From Squalus acanthias (lineage: Eukaryota): 64,000 nt of DNA. Positions 51,711 to 64,000 of the stretch are shown here, piece by piece (position 1 is the first letter of the stretch; each line of letters opens with the position of its first letter). The DNA is taken from NCBI GenBank assembly GCA_030390025.1, contig CM059425.1:166038001-166102000 (forward strand). Reading direction: 5' to 3'. A model generated the notes under the pieces. That model was given only the letters and a program-made list of their open reading frames with translations, did no database searches and was not told the DNA's origin. The position numbers were made by a program, and so were the translations under genes.

Positions 51711-52112
51711 TAAGTTTTAACAAGCACATTTTCTGTTCACTGGATTAAGAACGTGCTTCAACATGCTGATGTTACAGTTGACAGCATTGTGGCTTTGGTG
51801 CCCATCTCTTTAGCATGGGAGGATACAGAGTGAGGAGCTTGGTGGAATTGTTGAAATCAGTGTGCTTACAAATACATTGGCAAAGATATATCTAGGTTTG
51901 TATACAGCCTGATGGTTTCCAAAATGATACGACCGATCTGAATGCATTTTAAGTTGTTGTTGGGGGGAAAGAGTAGATTATCACCGTAGCTTATCATAGT
52001 TGAATATATTCCAGCTCACAAAAGTATGACGACAGAAAATGAGGATATACCACTGAGATTTGAAAATCTAATTTAAACTGAAAAGATTCAGAATTTAAAA
52101 GTTTACTGATAT

Positions 52113-52202
<90 letters not shown>

Positions 52203-52676
52203 TATATATAGATAGATAGATATATATATAGATAGATAGATATAGATATAGAGATAGATATAGATATAGAGATAGAGATAGATAGAGATAGATAGAGATA
52301 GATAGAGATAGATAGAGATAGATAGAGATAGATAGAGATAGATAGAGATAGATAGAGATAGATAGAGATAGATAGAGATAGATAGAGATAGATAGAGATA
52401 GATAGAGATAGATAGAGATAGATAGAGATAGATAGAGATAGATAGAGATAGATAGAGATAGATAGAGATAGATAGAGATAGATAGAGATAGATAGAGATA
52501 GATAGAGATAGATAGAGATAGATAGAGATAGATAGAGATAGATAGAGATAGATAGAGATAGATAGAGATAGATAGAGATAGATAGAGATAGATAGAGATA
52601 GATAGAGATAGATAGAGATAGATAGAGATAGATAGAGATAGATAGAGATAGATAGAGATATAGATAGAGATATAGA

Positions 52677-52720
<44 letters not shown>
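52113..52720. repeat. Compound microsatellite: (GATA)n, then about 40 copies of GATAGAGATA, then (TA)n
   Basis: Directly visible. Confidence 0.98.
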
Positions 52721-52723
<3 letters not shown>

Positions 52724-53161
52724 CTCCATACAAAAAAAAAAGTATTAACTGGACCCTTCTTTAGCGAATAGTCAAAAGTAGCACCACACCTGTAATGACT
52801 GAAAAGACTTGACTGGAAGTTGAAATGAAACTTCTGTTTTATGTAAAACGAACAAATAAGGTCCAATAATTTGTATGTCCAAACATTAGAAGGTGCTACT
52901 GGCTGAACACCTTGAGTACAGCAAGGCACTGCATTGCTCGTGACAAAAGCCTGGCATAAAAAGAAATAAGAGCTGGAATCTCTCTGCACTAATTACAAGT
53001 GACCCGAGAAAGATACCAATGGGTCTTTGGAGTGCGATATTAGTGAGAGGATCTGCTCCACAGCCCTCAAGAATAATACACACACCATTGGTATACCTGG
53101 ACAAATTGATAATCCTGTCTGGACAAACGATGTCCACTATAAGTGGAGCACACTATATAGA

Positions 53162-53328
53162 TGCGGAGATGCCGGTGTTGGACTGGGGTGGACAAAAATG
53201 AGAAGTCACAACACCAGGTTATAGTCCAACAGTTTTATTTGAAATCACGAGCTTTCGGAGCGCTGCTCCTTCACCTGACTAAGGAGCAGCGCTCCGAAAG
53301 CTCGTGATTTCAAATAAAACTGTTGGAC
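53162..53328. mobile_element. Penelope-like inverted terminal fragment with a perfect 48-bp hairpin and a hammerhead motif
   Basis: Arms 53224-53271 and 53281-53328; direct repeat ACACTATATAGA at 53150-53161 and 53327-53338. Confidence 0.78.
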
Positions 53329-53842
53329 ACTATATAGAGTTAGAGCAATATTCTAAAAAAAAATCAGCCACCAGTTCTGCAGTCTTAATTTCAAGCTCTT
53401 CAGATAAGTAAATCAGAAAAGTTGATGGAAAGAGACAGAATCATAGAATCAGCCCCTTCTAAGCATTAACATCTAAACTAGCTTTTTCAAACCTTTCACA
53501 ATTTCTAAAATCAATGTGCTATTTTTCTTAAATTTACCCAATTGTCAGAAATTATAAAACATTACTGCTGCTGTATGTAAACCCCAAAACTGCAGCTTAA
53601 CAAGTTACTTTGAATGTTCAAAGTTGCCAGCTCCAACAGTCTATGAAAGAAAATGCTACCAAAAGGTCAATTCCCGCTCGACAAAACCATGAAGCAATTA
53701 GAGGCAACTCCTTACAGGCTTCACAGGTCCTAAGTGAATCTTACTGAGAAATTGTGCAATTTGAATAGTGCAGTAAGTAATCTTTCATGTTCACATTCAA
53801 GTAAAACTTTAATTTGAAAAAAACAAGGTTCCTTGATGGAAC

Positions 53843-53932
53843 TAAAACAGAAGATGCTGGAAACACTCAAAGGCAGGCAGCACCTGTAAAGAAAGGAAAA
53901 ATGTTAACATTTCAGGCATAACCCTTCATGAG
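53843..53932 (-). mobile_element. Decayed Penelope-like terminal fragment
   Basis: Homologous to 26005-26098; degenerate hammerhead CTCATGAAGGGTTATGCCTGAAATGTTAAC on minus. Confidence 0.6.
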
Positions 53933-55794
53933 GATTGCTTGTAAGAAGGAACAGAGCAAGGAAAAGGGGGGAAAAAGACCACAGCAACAAGAAAAGGAAA
54001 ATAATCGGCTTTAAAGTGATTGGATTGAAAAACGGGAGATTGTTAAATGACAGAAGTAATCTGAACTGGCCGGCAATTGTGTTCATCTGCATCTTCTCGG
54101 AACTGTTTTGCTCTCTGTTTATGGCTGTATGCATGAGCTTATGTTTTTCTGGTCAGTCTCATACCTGATGTAACTGTTGCTGTGGAAAGAGCAATGTGGG
54201 CTGAAGGAAAATGTTTTAAATGGCTCAAGATAGGGGAGAAGAGCCGAAGCAGCAGGGCAAGTTCGCAGAGGGTGCAGAGAGCAGCGAGTTGCGGAGGCAA
54301 CAGCAATGGGCGGGATACTAGGGCCAGGAGATAGTAAAGAGAAAATTAAAAGAAAACCTACTTTAAAGTTGAAAAACAAAATAGTGAACAAAACTAGGTG
54401 ATTTGCACCACAAGTGCTTTTGCAAAGGAATTCCCATTATAAATGCTTGTAGTATTTTACACTGGTGACAATATTAACATAAGAAAATGAATTGAAAAAA
54501 CTCAAGAACAGGAATAAGATTTGCGACAGGGATGGGTAATAAATGAGGCCTTGCTAGACTTGTCCACATCTCAAAAACAAACTAAAAATGGAGGTGCATG
54601 CTATATGCAAGACATTTTATATACATTCCACCCTCTTGCCCCCCGCCCCACCCTCTGACATCTGTAGCCAACATCTCCAAACTTCATACCCAGTAAGAAC
54701 ATAATATCAGAGAGGACTGTAATGATGTTATTGAGACTGTAGTCACCTTTGTTTAAATATGTGTTGAACCAAAGGATTTGGAAATGTCCAGAGCGTTAAT
54801 GCCAATCTAATGCTGTTAACTATAACAACGAGAACTACATTTATAGCAAGCCTTTAATGTAGTGAAATGCCCACAGGCGCTTCACAGTAGCGCAATCAGA
54901 TAAAAACCGATACCGAATCAAGCAAGACCATGTTTTAAAAACTATACGTGGTTTGGTCAGTATCGCAAAATTACAATATGCTGTGTTAAAATAATACAAA
55001 ATTTCTGGATTTTCAATATTGTTTACTATGATTTTACTGAACTCACATTAAGAGGAACAATTTTGCACATTTCAAGAAAAACAGACTGAATCATAGCCCA
55101 AGAGCGAAAGTTCCATAGAACGAAAGCCAGGCAGTATATAAAAAGACTGCCATCAATACCAGCTGACTGGTTGGGCACTGCAGAACTCTACAAGCTCGAA
55201 ACGCAGCCACTCAATAGTTTTTCCACATCATACAAATAAAATTAACGCTTGCAATATGCAATAATGTAAAATTCTAAGAAGATTTTTGTTCAGTATTCTG
55301 GATGATCACCGACTAATGTGGCTTAAGAAGCATAATCAGGGCTCTTCCACTGAAGCACTGCTCCACGCTCAACTATAAACTAACAAATTTATATATTTTT
55401 TAATAAAGCAGCGTATACACAATAGAAGATTTGTCTCTTTAGGATTGTAAGTGTGCCTTTTAATTGCAGCTTGTGTTTGAAAGAACTAACAATCATCAGA
55501 GTTCAATGCAAATTGGTCACATATGAGTAATACTACAATCGGTTCATTAATGTAGCCCAGATGTCATTATTTACCTGTAACGTGATCAGTGTAGGAATTT
55601 TTTTTTCCAATTGTAAGATTTCTACTAAAGCAAACAGGCCATGAACTGAACAAAACCTACAATGGTAATAAAATAATTTGAATATTTCCATTTGGGATAT
55701 GCACATATGTTCAAAGCCATCTTGCTGTTCTCCAATATTTGAGTCGAGTTGTATATAGGGAGTTAGCTGATGAGGCTTCATAAGACTTAGTGTT

Positions 55795-56045
55795 ACAACC
55801 ATTTGCATTTATATAGTGCCTTTGACAACAACTTGTATTTATATTGTGCCTTTAATGTAGTAAAACGTCCCAAGGCGCTTCACGAGCGTTATCAAACAAA
55901 ATTTGACACCAAGCCACATAAGGAGATATTAGGGCAGAAGAGGTAGGTTTTAAGGAGCGCCTTAAAGGAGGAAAGAGAGGTAGGGGTGGAGACAGGTGAT
56001 GTTAGAGGTTGAAGTCGGTAGCCATTGTGATGAAGAGGATATGAA
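55795..56045 (-). mobile_element. L2-type 3' end with a duplicated terminal segment
   Basis: ttgcatttatatagtgccttt followed by ttgtatttatattgtgccttt; then matches 10053-10235. Confidence 0.8.
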
Positions 56046-56825
56046 TGAGATTAGTAGAATGCTTTTCATTTAAGTTCCATGGCCATAAATTAGACCAGAA
56101 CTATTTAAAAACCCTATGCTTCTTCAATATCAACGTTTTTCCTATACTAACCAATAATAAAATGATTGAGGACGTAGCAGAAACAAAACCAGACTAATTC
56201 CCAGCCCTGCCAATAAGCTACAACTTGGTACACACACACTGATAGTTTCTACTTTGTTTGCAGGCTAGATTCACCACTGACCCTACTGTCTAATGGTTCT
56301 GCAGCCTTTGGAGCTATCTTGAAGGAAAACTGAAAATAATCTTTGATAGGGAAAGTGTACCAGACAAGTGTATTTAGACCTTGATACTCCCAACAGTGTC
56401 ATGGTGACACTATGGCATAGTTCTGTTATATTCCTCAGAGGTGTGTACTAAGCAATGGATCCTCAGATCAGAAATTGTATGAACAAATCTTTCTCTCATT
56501 TATGGCAAGCTTGACAAACATACAGATAAAAGACAAATAAAAGACTCTGACCAGAATACAACGATTTGAAAAGTATTAGTTTACATATGGGTTCTATATA
56601 TCTTAGCCACTTCCACAATAATCCTGCATTATCGCACCACTGGTATGAAACGGCAATCTTCCACGCCATCCATATAAACAATTCTGAGGTCTTTTTCTTG
56701 CTTTTGATTTAAAGAATTTTAATTGTGCCGTGGAATTTAAATACTGTTCATTATCAAAAAGTAAGATCTTTAATCTAAAAATTGGGGGTACAAAGCCTCG
56801 TGCAAATATTAAGGAACAACCCATG

Positions 56826-57215
56826 TGGGAACTGGATGGTGTAGTAGGTTACTGGAATCTGGAACTTTGGTTCAAATCCAGCCCAGACTAATAAGGTGCA
56901 AGAGTCCTACATGAAGTAAGTTTCAGCAGTCTCGATCCAGTTTGTACTGGGTATGGGTTCATAGCACAAAACTGCCTTTACTTTGGTCTTGAATAAAGAC
57001 CTCATCCAGGGGCCATAATGTGACTGGTGTAGGAAGTAGAAAATAAGTGCACTCTGAGGTGCTCTTGCAGTTGGAGCTAAGGTACATTGTTGTCTAGAGT
57101 GGAGAACTTTATTCTGTATCCTACTGTATCAGGCTGTGCCATACCTATCTGGGTGTGCTTGAAGGCTGCCCAAGATAGAAAGCGTGCTACTCCCAGCACT
57201 AAAATTCCTCATATT
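56826..57215 (+). mobile_element. LF-SINE-like element
   Basis: B box ggttcaaatccagcccag; blocks cctacatgaag...gtctcgatccagtt...cacaaaac, aggtacattg and cagcactaaaattc in the order I recall for the LF-SINE consensus. Confidence 0.55.
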
Positions 57216-57364
57216 TATAAATACAAATAAATATTTAAAATAAAGGGTTTATAAAAAATCCTACTATTTTCTTAGCATAGCCACAGCAATCTTACCAGAA
57301 ACTAAAAGTTTAAATCCAAACTGGGAAATAAAAACAAAAAGCAACATCATAAACACACTTTCAC

Positions 57365-57486
57365 CTTTTTCTGTGTCAAGCATGACTCCAGATTAATCTT
57401 CATTGAGTTCTGTTTATTATAGTAATAACATTTCCCTGTCATGGCACTTCTTAAGGGGGAGTTGTTCCATTTACAGATGCAATATA
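57365..57486 (-). other. Candidate upstream CHD1 exon (5'UTR/uORF or N-terminal extension)
   Basis: Long pyrimidine tract plus cacag acceptor at 57488-57487; AAG|GTGAAA donor at 57364; unique sequence; splice-site prediction only. Confidence 0.3.
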
Positions 57487-57689
57487 CTGTGCATGAACAA
57501 AGACGAGGACAGCAAGAAGTTAACAGTTCCCCCTATCCATAAAAAAGTATCACAGTAGTACGAAATCAACAAAAAAAAATATATATATATATATATATAA
57601 AAAAAATGAAAAATGTACACGCACAATAAATATGTCAGATGACCAATAGCTTGGTGGACAATGTTAAACTGAGCCATGTAGACTAGATG

Positions 57690-58875
57690 TCTCAAATTGC
57701 GCCACGGTCACTACTCACCTCGACCTCACCTCTGGATCATCCTCTGCTGGTTCATGGTCGACTCTACCTCCACACCTCCTTGGCCCTCTATTTTTCACTG
57801 GACAACCGCTTGCAGTGCGCCCTCTGCCCCACAAAAAGCTCCTGCACTCGAGATAGGACCGTCTCCAAACCTAGACATTAGTCCGTTGATGCTCCAAGTT
57901 TCATCTTTATCCCACCACAGGACCTCAGACTTTATCTTTAAACTTTCTCATATTGACTCCTCCCTGTCCTCTGTTTACGACAAGAACATGTCTCACCTAA
58001 TCTTTGCCTTGCCTATGTAACACAAATTCCCCGTGGCCATCTGTGCGAGCAGTTTGGCTGCTATTGCAGGCGCAAGGCCATTACTTCTATTTCCCTTTTT
58101 TTCTTCAGGCCCTTTTCTTCTGTAATTTCTCCCCTCCTGGGTACTTTGCGCCCCCGCCCCTTCACCTCCATCTCTACACTAACCCATCACTACTCTTCTG
58201 CCACCATCCCAGGCTTGAATTTTTATTGGATAAGCTCATAACTCACCTCGGTGCCTCTCTCGGCATTCTCTAAGGGGCCCATCGCTGCCTCCTTAGGAGC
58301 AGCAATGGGTGCCTCACCCTCATCAACCTTCCAGCACAGCACAACCACTGTGGGCTAATCACGCCAACCTCCTTCACGTCCTATTCACCCATCGCACCGT
58401 TGACTCCTTGGACACTGCCTGTGGACAACAACCATCACAGCTCTCTGCATTTCCCTCCAGAATATCCGTTCACTCGTGAACTAAACCTTGGTCATCCACA
58501 ACATTACTACCTCTTACTGAAGCCGCCACATCTGACTACACTTTCCACCATCCGTCCCTTCCAAACTGCCATTGTGACAGTGTGGCCCTCATCACCAAAT
58601 CACACCCTCTACTCCTCTGGCATCTTCACCTCCTTTGACCACCTCACCATTTCCATCCCTATAACCCCTTCTTTAAAAATCTATACCACCCCCAAAAAAC
58701 CCAGCCAGATTTTCTCACCGAGATATCCTAACATCTTTCCTCCCTCAGCCTCTGCACTGAGGAACTCCTCATCCTCGGTGATTTCAATCTCAACTCAGAC
58801 TGCCTTTTGTCCTCGGATTTAAATGCCCTCTTAATCTCGTTATAAACTGTCCTATCATTACTCATGGCCGCATCC
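57690..58875 (+). mobile_element. L2-type LINE 5' part (endonuclease region), decayed
   Basis: LCISLQNIRSLVN codons at about 58444-58482; LLILGDFN at about 58765-58790. Confidence 0.7.
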
Positions 58876-58880
58876 ACGAT

Positions 58881-60895
58881 GAACTCCAATGAGTAGAGTC
58901 CCAATCTACCCAACCTCTCCTCATATGACCACCCCCTCATCCCGGGATTAACCGAGTGAACCTTTTTTGCACTGCCTCGAGAGCAAGGATGTCTTTCCTT
59001 AAGTAAGGACACCAAAACTGTATGCAGTATTCCAGGTGCGGTCTCACCAATACCTTGTACAACTGAAGCAATACCTCCCTATTTTTATATTCTATCCCCT
59101 AGCAATGAAAGCCAACATTCCATTTGCCTTCTTAATCACTTGCTGCACCTGCATACTAACCTTTTGCGTTTCGTGCACCAGGACCCCCAGATCCCTTTGC
59201 ACTTCAGTACTCTCCAGTTTCTTGCCATTAAGATAATAAATTGCTCTAGGATTTTTCCTGCCAAAGTGCATCACCTCACACTTTCCAGTGTTGTATTCCA
59301 TCTGCCAAATCTCTGCCCACTTACTTAGCCTGTCTATGTCCCTTGCAGGTTTTTTATGTCCTCCTCACTCACTACTTTCCCTCCCATCTTTGTATCATCT
59401 GCAAATTTTGATATGTTACACTTGGTCCCTTCCTCCAAATCGTTAATATAGATTGTGAAGAGTTGGGGACCCAGCACTGACCCCTGTGGAACACCACTAG
59501 TTACTGATTGCCAGTCTGAGAATGAACCATTTATCCCAACTCTTTGCTTTCTGTTAGATAGCCAATCCTCTATCCATGCCAGAATATTACCCCAATCCCG
59601 TGATTTTTTACCTTAAGCAATAATCTTTTGTGTGGCACCTTGTCAAATGCCTTTTGGAGTCTAAATACACTACGTCCACTGGTTCCCTTTATCCACTCTA
59701 TATGTTACTTCCTCAAAGAACTCCAGCAAATTTGTCAAACATGACTTCCCCTTCGTAAAACCATGCTGACTTTGTCCTATTAAATTATGATTATCCAAAT
59801 GTCCCGTTACTGTTTCCTTAATAATGGACTCCAAAATTTTACCTACCACAGATGTTAGGCTAACCGGTCTATAGTTACCAGCCTTCTGTCTACTGCCCTT
59901 TTTAATAAGGTGTTACATTAGCAGTTTTCCAGTCTGCCGGGACCTTAGCGGAATCCAGGGAGTTTTGAAAAATTATTACCAATGCATCTACAATCCCTAC
60001 CGCCACTTCCTTCAAGACTCTAGGATGTAAGCCATCAGGTCCAGGTGATTTATCGCCTTGAGTCCCATTATTTTACCGAGTACCACTTCCTTAGTGATTT
60101 TGATCGTGTTTAGCTCCTCCCCCCTATAGCCCCCTGTTTGTCCAGTGTGGGATATTCTTAGTGTCCTCTACTGTAAAGACTGATACAAAATATTCATTCA
60201 GTGTTTTGCCATCTCCATATTTCCCACCATTAATTTCCCGGTCTCATCCTCTAAGGGACCAACATTACTTTAGCCACCCTTTTTCTTTTTATATAACTAT
60301 AAAAACTCTTACTATCTGTTTTTATATTTTTTGCTAATTTACTTTCATAATCTATCTTCCCTTTCTTAATCAATCTTTTTGTTATTTTTGCTGCCTTTTA
60401 AAGTTTTCCCAATCCTCTGTCCTCCCACTAGATTTCGCTACCTTATATGCCCTTGTTTTTAGTCGAATACTATCCTTAATTTCTTTACTTAGCCACGGAT
60501 GACTGTCCTTTCTTTTACACCCTTTTCTTTTCAGTGGAATATATTTTTTTTGGAAGTTGTAAAATAACTCCTTGAATGTACACCACTGTCATGTGTCGTC
60601 TTACCCTTTAATCTATTTCCAATCCACTCTACTCAATTCCGCTCGCATACCTTCATAGTCTCCTTTATTCAAGCTTAGCACGCTTGTTTGAGATCCAACC
60701 TTCTCACCCTCTAATTGAATATGGAATTCAACCATGTTATGGTCACTCATTCCAAGGGGATCCTTTACTAGGACATTTTTAATTAATCCTGTCTCGTTAC
60801 ACAGGACCAGATCTAAGGTTGCTTGCCCCCTGGTCGGTTCAGTTACATACTGCTCAAGAAACCCATCCCTAATACACTCAATGAACTCATCCTCA
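58881..60895 (-). mobile_element. CR1 LINE (family C-like), EN through RT, frameshifted
   Basis: ORF 60613-60915 (EPTRGQATLDLVLCN...SDHN) and ORF 59092-59301. Confidence 0.93.
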
Positions 60896-62972
60896 TAGGA
60901 GCAGGAGTAGGCCATTCGGCCCTTCGAGCCTGCCTTATCGCCATATCCCTTGATGCCCTTACTAGTCAGAAATCTAGACTTCGGTTTTGAATATACCCAA
61001 TGACTGAGCCTCCACAGCCCTCTGGGGTAGAGAATTCCAAAGATTCACCACCCGCTGTGTGAAGAAATTTCTTCTCATCTCAGTCCTGAATGGCCTACCC
61101 TTTATCTTGAGGCTGTGGCCCCTGGTTCTAGACTCCCCAGCCAAGGGAAATATTTTCCCAGCATCCACCCTATCGATCAAGCCCTGTAATAATTTTGTAT
61201 GCTATAATGAGGTCCCCTCTCATTCTTCTGAATTCAAGAGAATACAGGCCTAGTTTACTCAATCTCTTCTCATAAGACAGTCCCGCCATCCCAGGAATCA
61301 ATCTCGTGAACCTTTGTTGCACTCCCTCTATGGCAAGTATATCCTTCCTTAGGTAAGGAGAACAAAATTGTACACAGTACTCCAGGTGTGGTCTCACCAA
61401 GGCCCTATATAATTGGAGTAAGATTTCTTTACTCCTGTACTCAAATCCTCTTGTAATGAAGGCCAGCATACCATTTGCCTTCCTAATAGCTTGCTGCACC
61501 TGCACATTCACTTTCAGTGACTCATGTACAAGGACACCCAGGTCCTTTGAGCATCTGCATTCCCCAATCTTTCACCATTTAGGAAATACTCTGCCTTTCT
61601 GTTTTTTCTATCAAAGTGGATAACTTCACATTTATCCACATTATATTCCATCTGCCATGTTCTCGCCCACTCAGAGCCTTTCGAGATCCCTTTGAAGCCT
61701 CTTCGCAACTGACAATGCCACCTAGCTTTGTGTCATCAGCAAATTTGGAAATGTTACATTTAGTCCCCTCATCCAAATCATTGATATAGATTGCGAATAG
61801 CTGGGGCCCAAGCACTGATCCTTGCGGTACCCCACTAGTCACAGCCTGCCATCCTGAAAAAGACCCATTTATCCCTACTCTTTGTTTTCTGTCTGTTAAC
61901 CAATTCTCAAGCCACGTTAGTGTATTACCCCCAATTCCATGTGCCCTAATTTTGTTCACCAACCTCTTGTGTGGGACCTTATCGAAGGCCTTCTGAAAAT
62001 CCAAATACACCACATCTACCAGTTCCCCTTTGTCTACTCCACTAGTTACATCCTCAAAAGAACTCCAATAGGTTTGTCAAACAGGATTGCCCTTTCATAA
62101 ATCCATGCTGACTCTGCCCAATCTTACTATTAGTTTCTAATGCCCAGTTATTGCATCTTTTATAATAGATTTCAGCATTTTCCCAACTACTAATGAGGCC
62201 AACAGGTCTGTAGTTTCCCGTTTTCGCTCTCCCTCCTTTCTTAAATAGCGGGATTACATTTGCTATCCTCCAATCTACAGGAACCGTTCCAAAATTCTAT
62301 AGATTCTGGAAGATGACAACCAATGCGTCCACTATCCCAATGGCCACCTCTTTCAAAACCCTAGGATGTAGGTCATCCGGTCCTTGGGATTTATTGACTT
62401 TTAGTCCCATTAATTTTGCTAGTACTGTTTTTTTTATTAATAATAATTTCTTTAAGTTTCTCATTCTCGCATTTCTGGGAGGTTTTTTGTGTCTTCCTCC
62501 GTGAAGACAGAAACAAAGTATTTATTTAATTTCTCTGCCATTTCCTCATTCCCCATTATAAATTCTCCCGTCTGACTGTAAAGGACCTACATTTACCTTT
62601 GCCAGTCTTTTCCTTTTCACATACCTATAGAAGCTTTTACAATCCGTTTTTATATTTTTCGCTAGTTTGTGCTCATATTCCATTTTCCTTTCTTTATCAA
62701 TTTCTTGGTCCCCCTTTGCTGATTTCTAAAAAGATCCCAATCCTCAGGCTGACCGCTTTTTCTGGCAACTTTATAAGCTACCTCCTTTGACTTAATACTA
62801 GCTTTAATTTATTTTGTTAGCCATGGTTGGATCACTTTTCCTTTTGGGTTTTTATGCCCTAGAGGAATATATGTTTGTTGCAAATTATGCATTATTTCCT
62901 TGAATGTTAGCCATTGTATGTCCACCTTCATACCTTTTAGTGTAGTCTCCCAATCTACCATGGCCAACTTGT
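60895..62972 (-). mobile_element. CR1 LINE (family C), 5'-truncated; 3' end abuts the previous copy
   Basis: ORFs 60974-61180, 61170-61511 and 61579-62013; tail taggagcaggagtaggcc near 60896; very similar to 44143-46125. Confidence 0.95.
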
Positions 62973-64000
62973 CCGCTAACTATACCAGGATCAACCTGAA
63001 AAGCAAAGTTAACCTCTTGCTTCTTTTCTCCACTACCAACGGTCTCTATAAGCACCTCTCCACTGCGCCCTCCAACCTCACCTTCAATAAGAGCGAGGAG
63101 CTCATGGACCTTTTTGTCACTAAAATTGAGAGAATCCATTTAGTTCCCTCCATTGCAGCCCCCTTCCTCTTGCCCACCAAGCCCAATCTCCCCCCCCCCT
63201 CCCGCCCTAGTGCTGAATGCATGTCTTTCTCTAGTTTATCTCCCATCGTCCCTCATACCCTAAGTTCATAAGTTCATCTTGGCCATGAGGTCTTGTCTGA
63301 TCCCTTGACCCCATTTGCCACTGATTACTCAACTTCCCTTCCCGACACCCACACTAGCCAACATTGTAAATGGACCCCATCCTCTGGTGCGGTATCCCTC
63401 CCTTTCATCACCATCACCTGCCCCCCCCCCACCCCCCCCCCCACCTAAACCCCCATAGTCATTGCAAACTACTGCCTCACCTTCAACCTCCCTTTCCTCG
63501 CCAAAATCCTTGAGCACGTAACCCTCCAAATCTGTGCCAATCTTTCCTGTAACTGCAAAGTCTCAGGTTGAAGCAGATTGTTCGCAGTCTCTGCATCCAA
63601 TTTGACCCAAGATCAGCTTCCAACCCAAAGCCCGCCTACTTCCACCTCCATAACATCGCCCGTCTCTGCCCATTCCTCAACTCACCTGTTGCCGAAACCC
63701 TCATTCATGGCTTTGTCACTACCAGGCTTGACTATTCCAATGCTTTCCTGGCTAGCCTCCCATTCTCCATAAACTTCAGCTTATCCAAAACTCTTCTACC
63801 CATATCCTATCCTGCATACACCCTTAACCCCTATGCACGCTGAGGTACAGTGGCTCCCGGTTCCCCAACATCTCAGATTTAAAATTCTCTATGTTTAAAT
63901 CTCTTCAAGGCCTCACTCCTCCCTACCTAAGTAACCTCCTCCAGCCCTACAACCCGCTCAGAACTCTGCAATCCTCCAACTCTGCCCTATTGCGCATTCC
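62973..64000 (+). mobile_element. L2-type LINE middle and 3' part, probably continuing 57690-58875
   Basis: YFHLHNIARLCPFL...AETLIHGFVTTRLDYSNAFLASLP in ORF 63568-63843. Confidence 0.88.

Noticed and set aside
51994..52989. Long ORFs of 331, 212 and 205 aa
   Set aside because: They are translations of a stop-free microsatellite

Overview
This is eukaryotic genomic DNA. Its repeat content (CR1/HER1-type and L2 LINEs, Deu-type SINEs, Penelope fragments) points to a cartilaginous fish, probably a shark; that is an inference. The window covers the 5' part of CHD1 (chromodomain-helicase-DNA-binding protein 1) on the minus strand. I traced seven phase-compatible coding exons by hand: 22725-22935, 20282-20386, 19183-19256, 14457-14579, 6011-6270, 4899-5124 and 3993-4093. 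They encode the Ser/Asp-rich N-terminus, chromodomain 1 and the start of chromodomain 2. The gene continues past position 1 and its promoter is probably past 64000. I could not find the canonical tetrapod start exon (MNGHSDEES...). A candidate start exon at 37553-37632 splices in frame and resembles the mammalian CHD1 5'UTR/uORF as I recall it. The rest is intron, filled mostly with decayed transposons. Notable ones are a tRNA-SINE-headed, apparently ORF1-less CR1-group LINE with a deletion series down to a SINE, Penelope-type fragments with minimal hammerhead ribozyme motifs, a hAT-like MITE family and an LF-SINE-like element. Most ORFs in the track are LINE debris or spurious. Repeat boundaries are approximate and family names come from recognition, not database searches.
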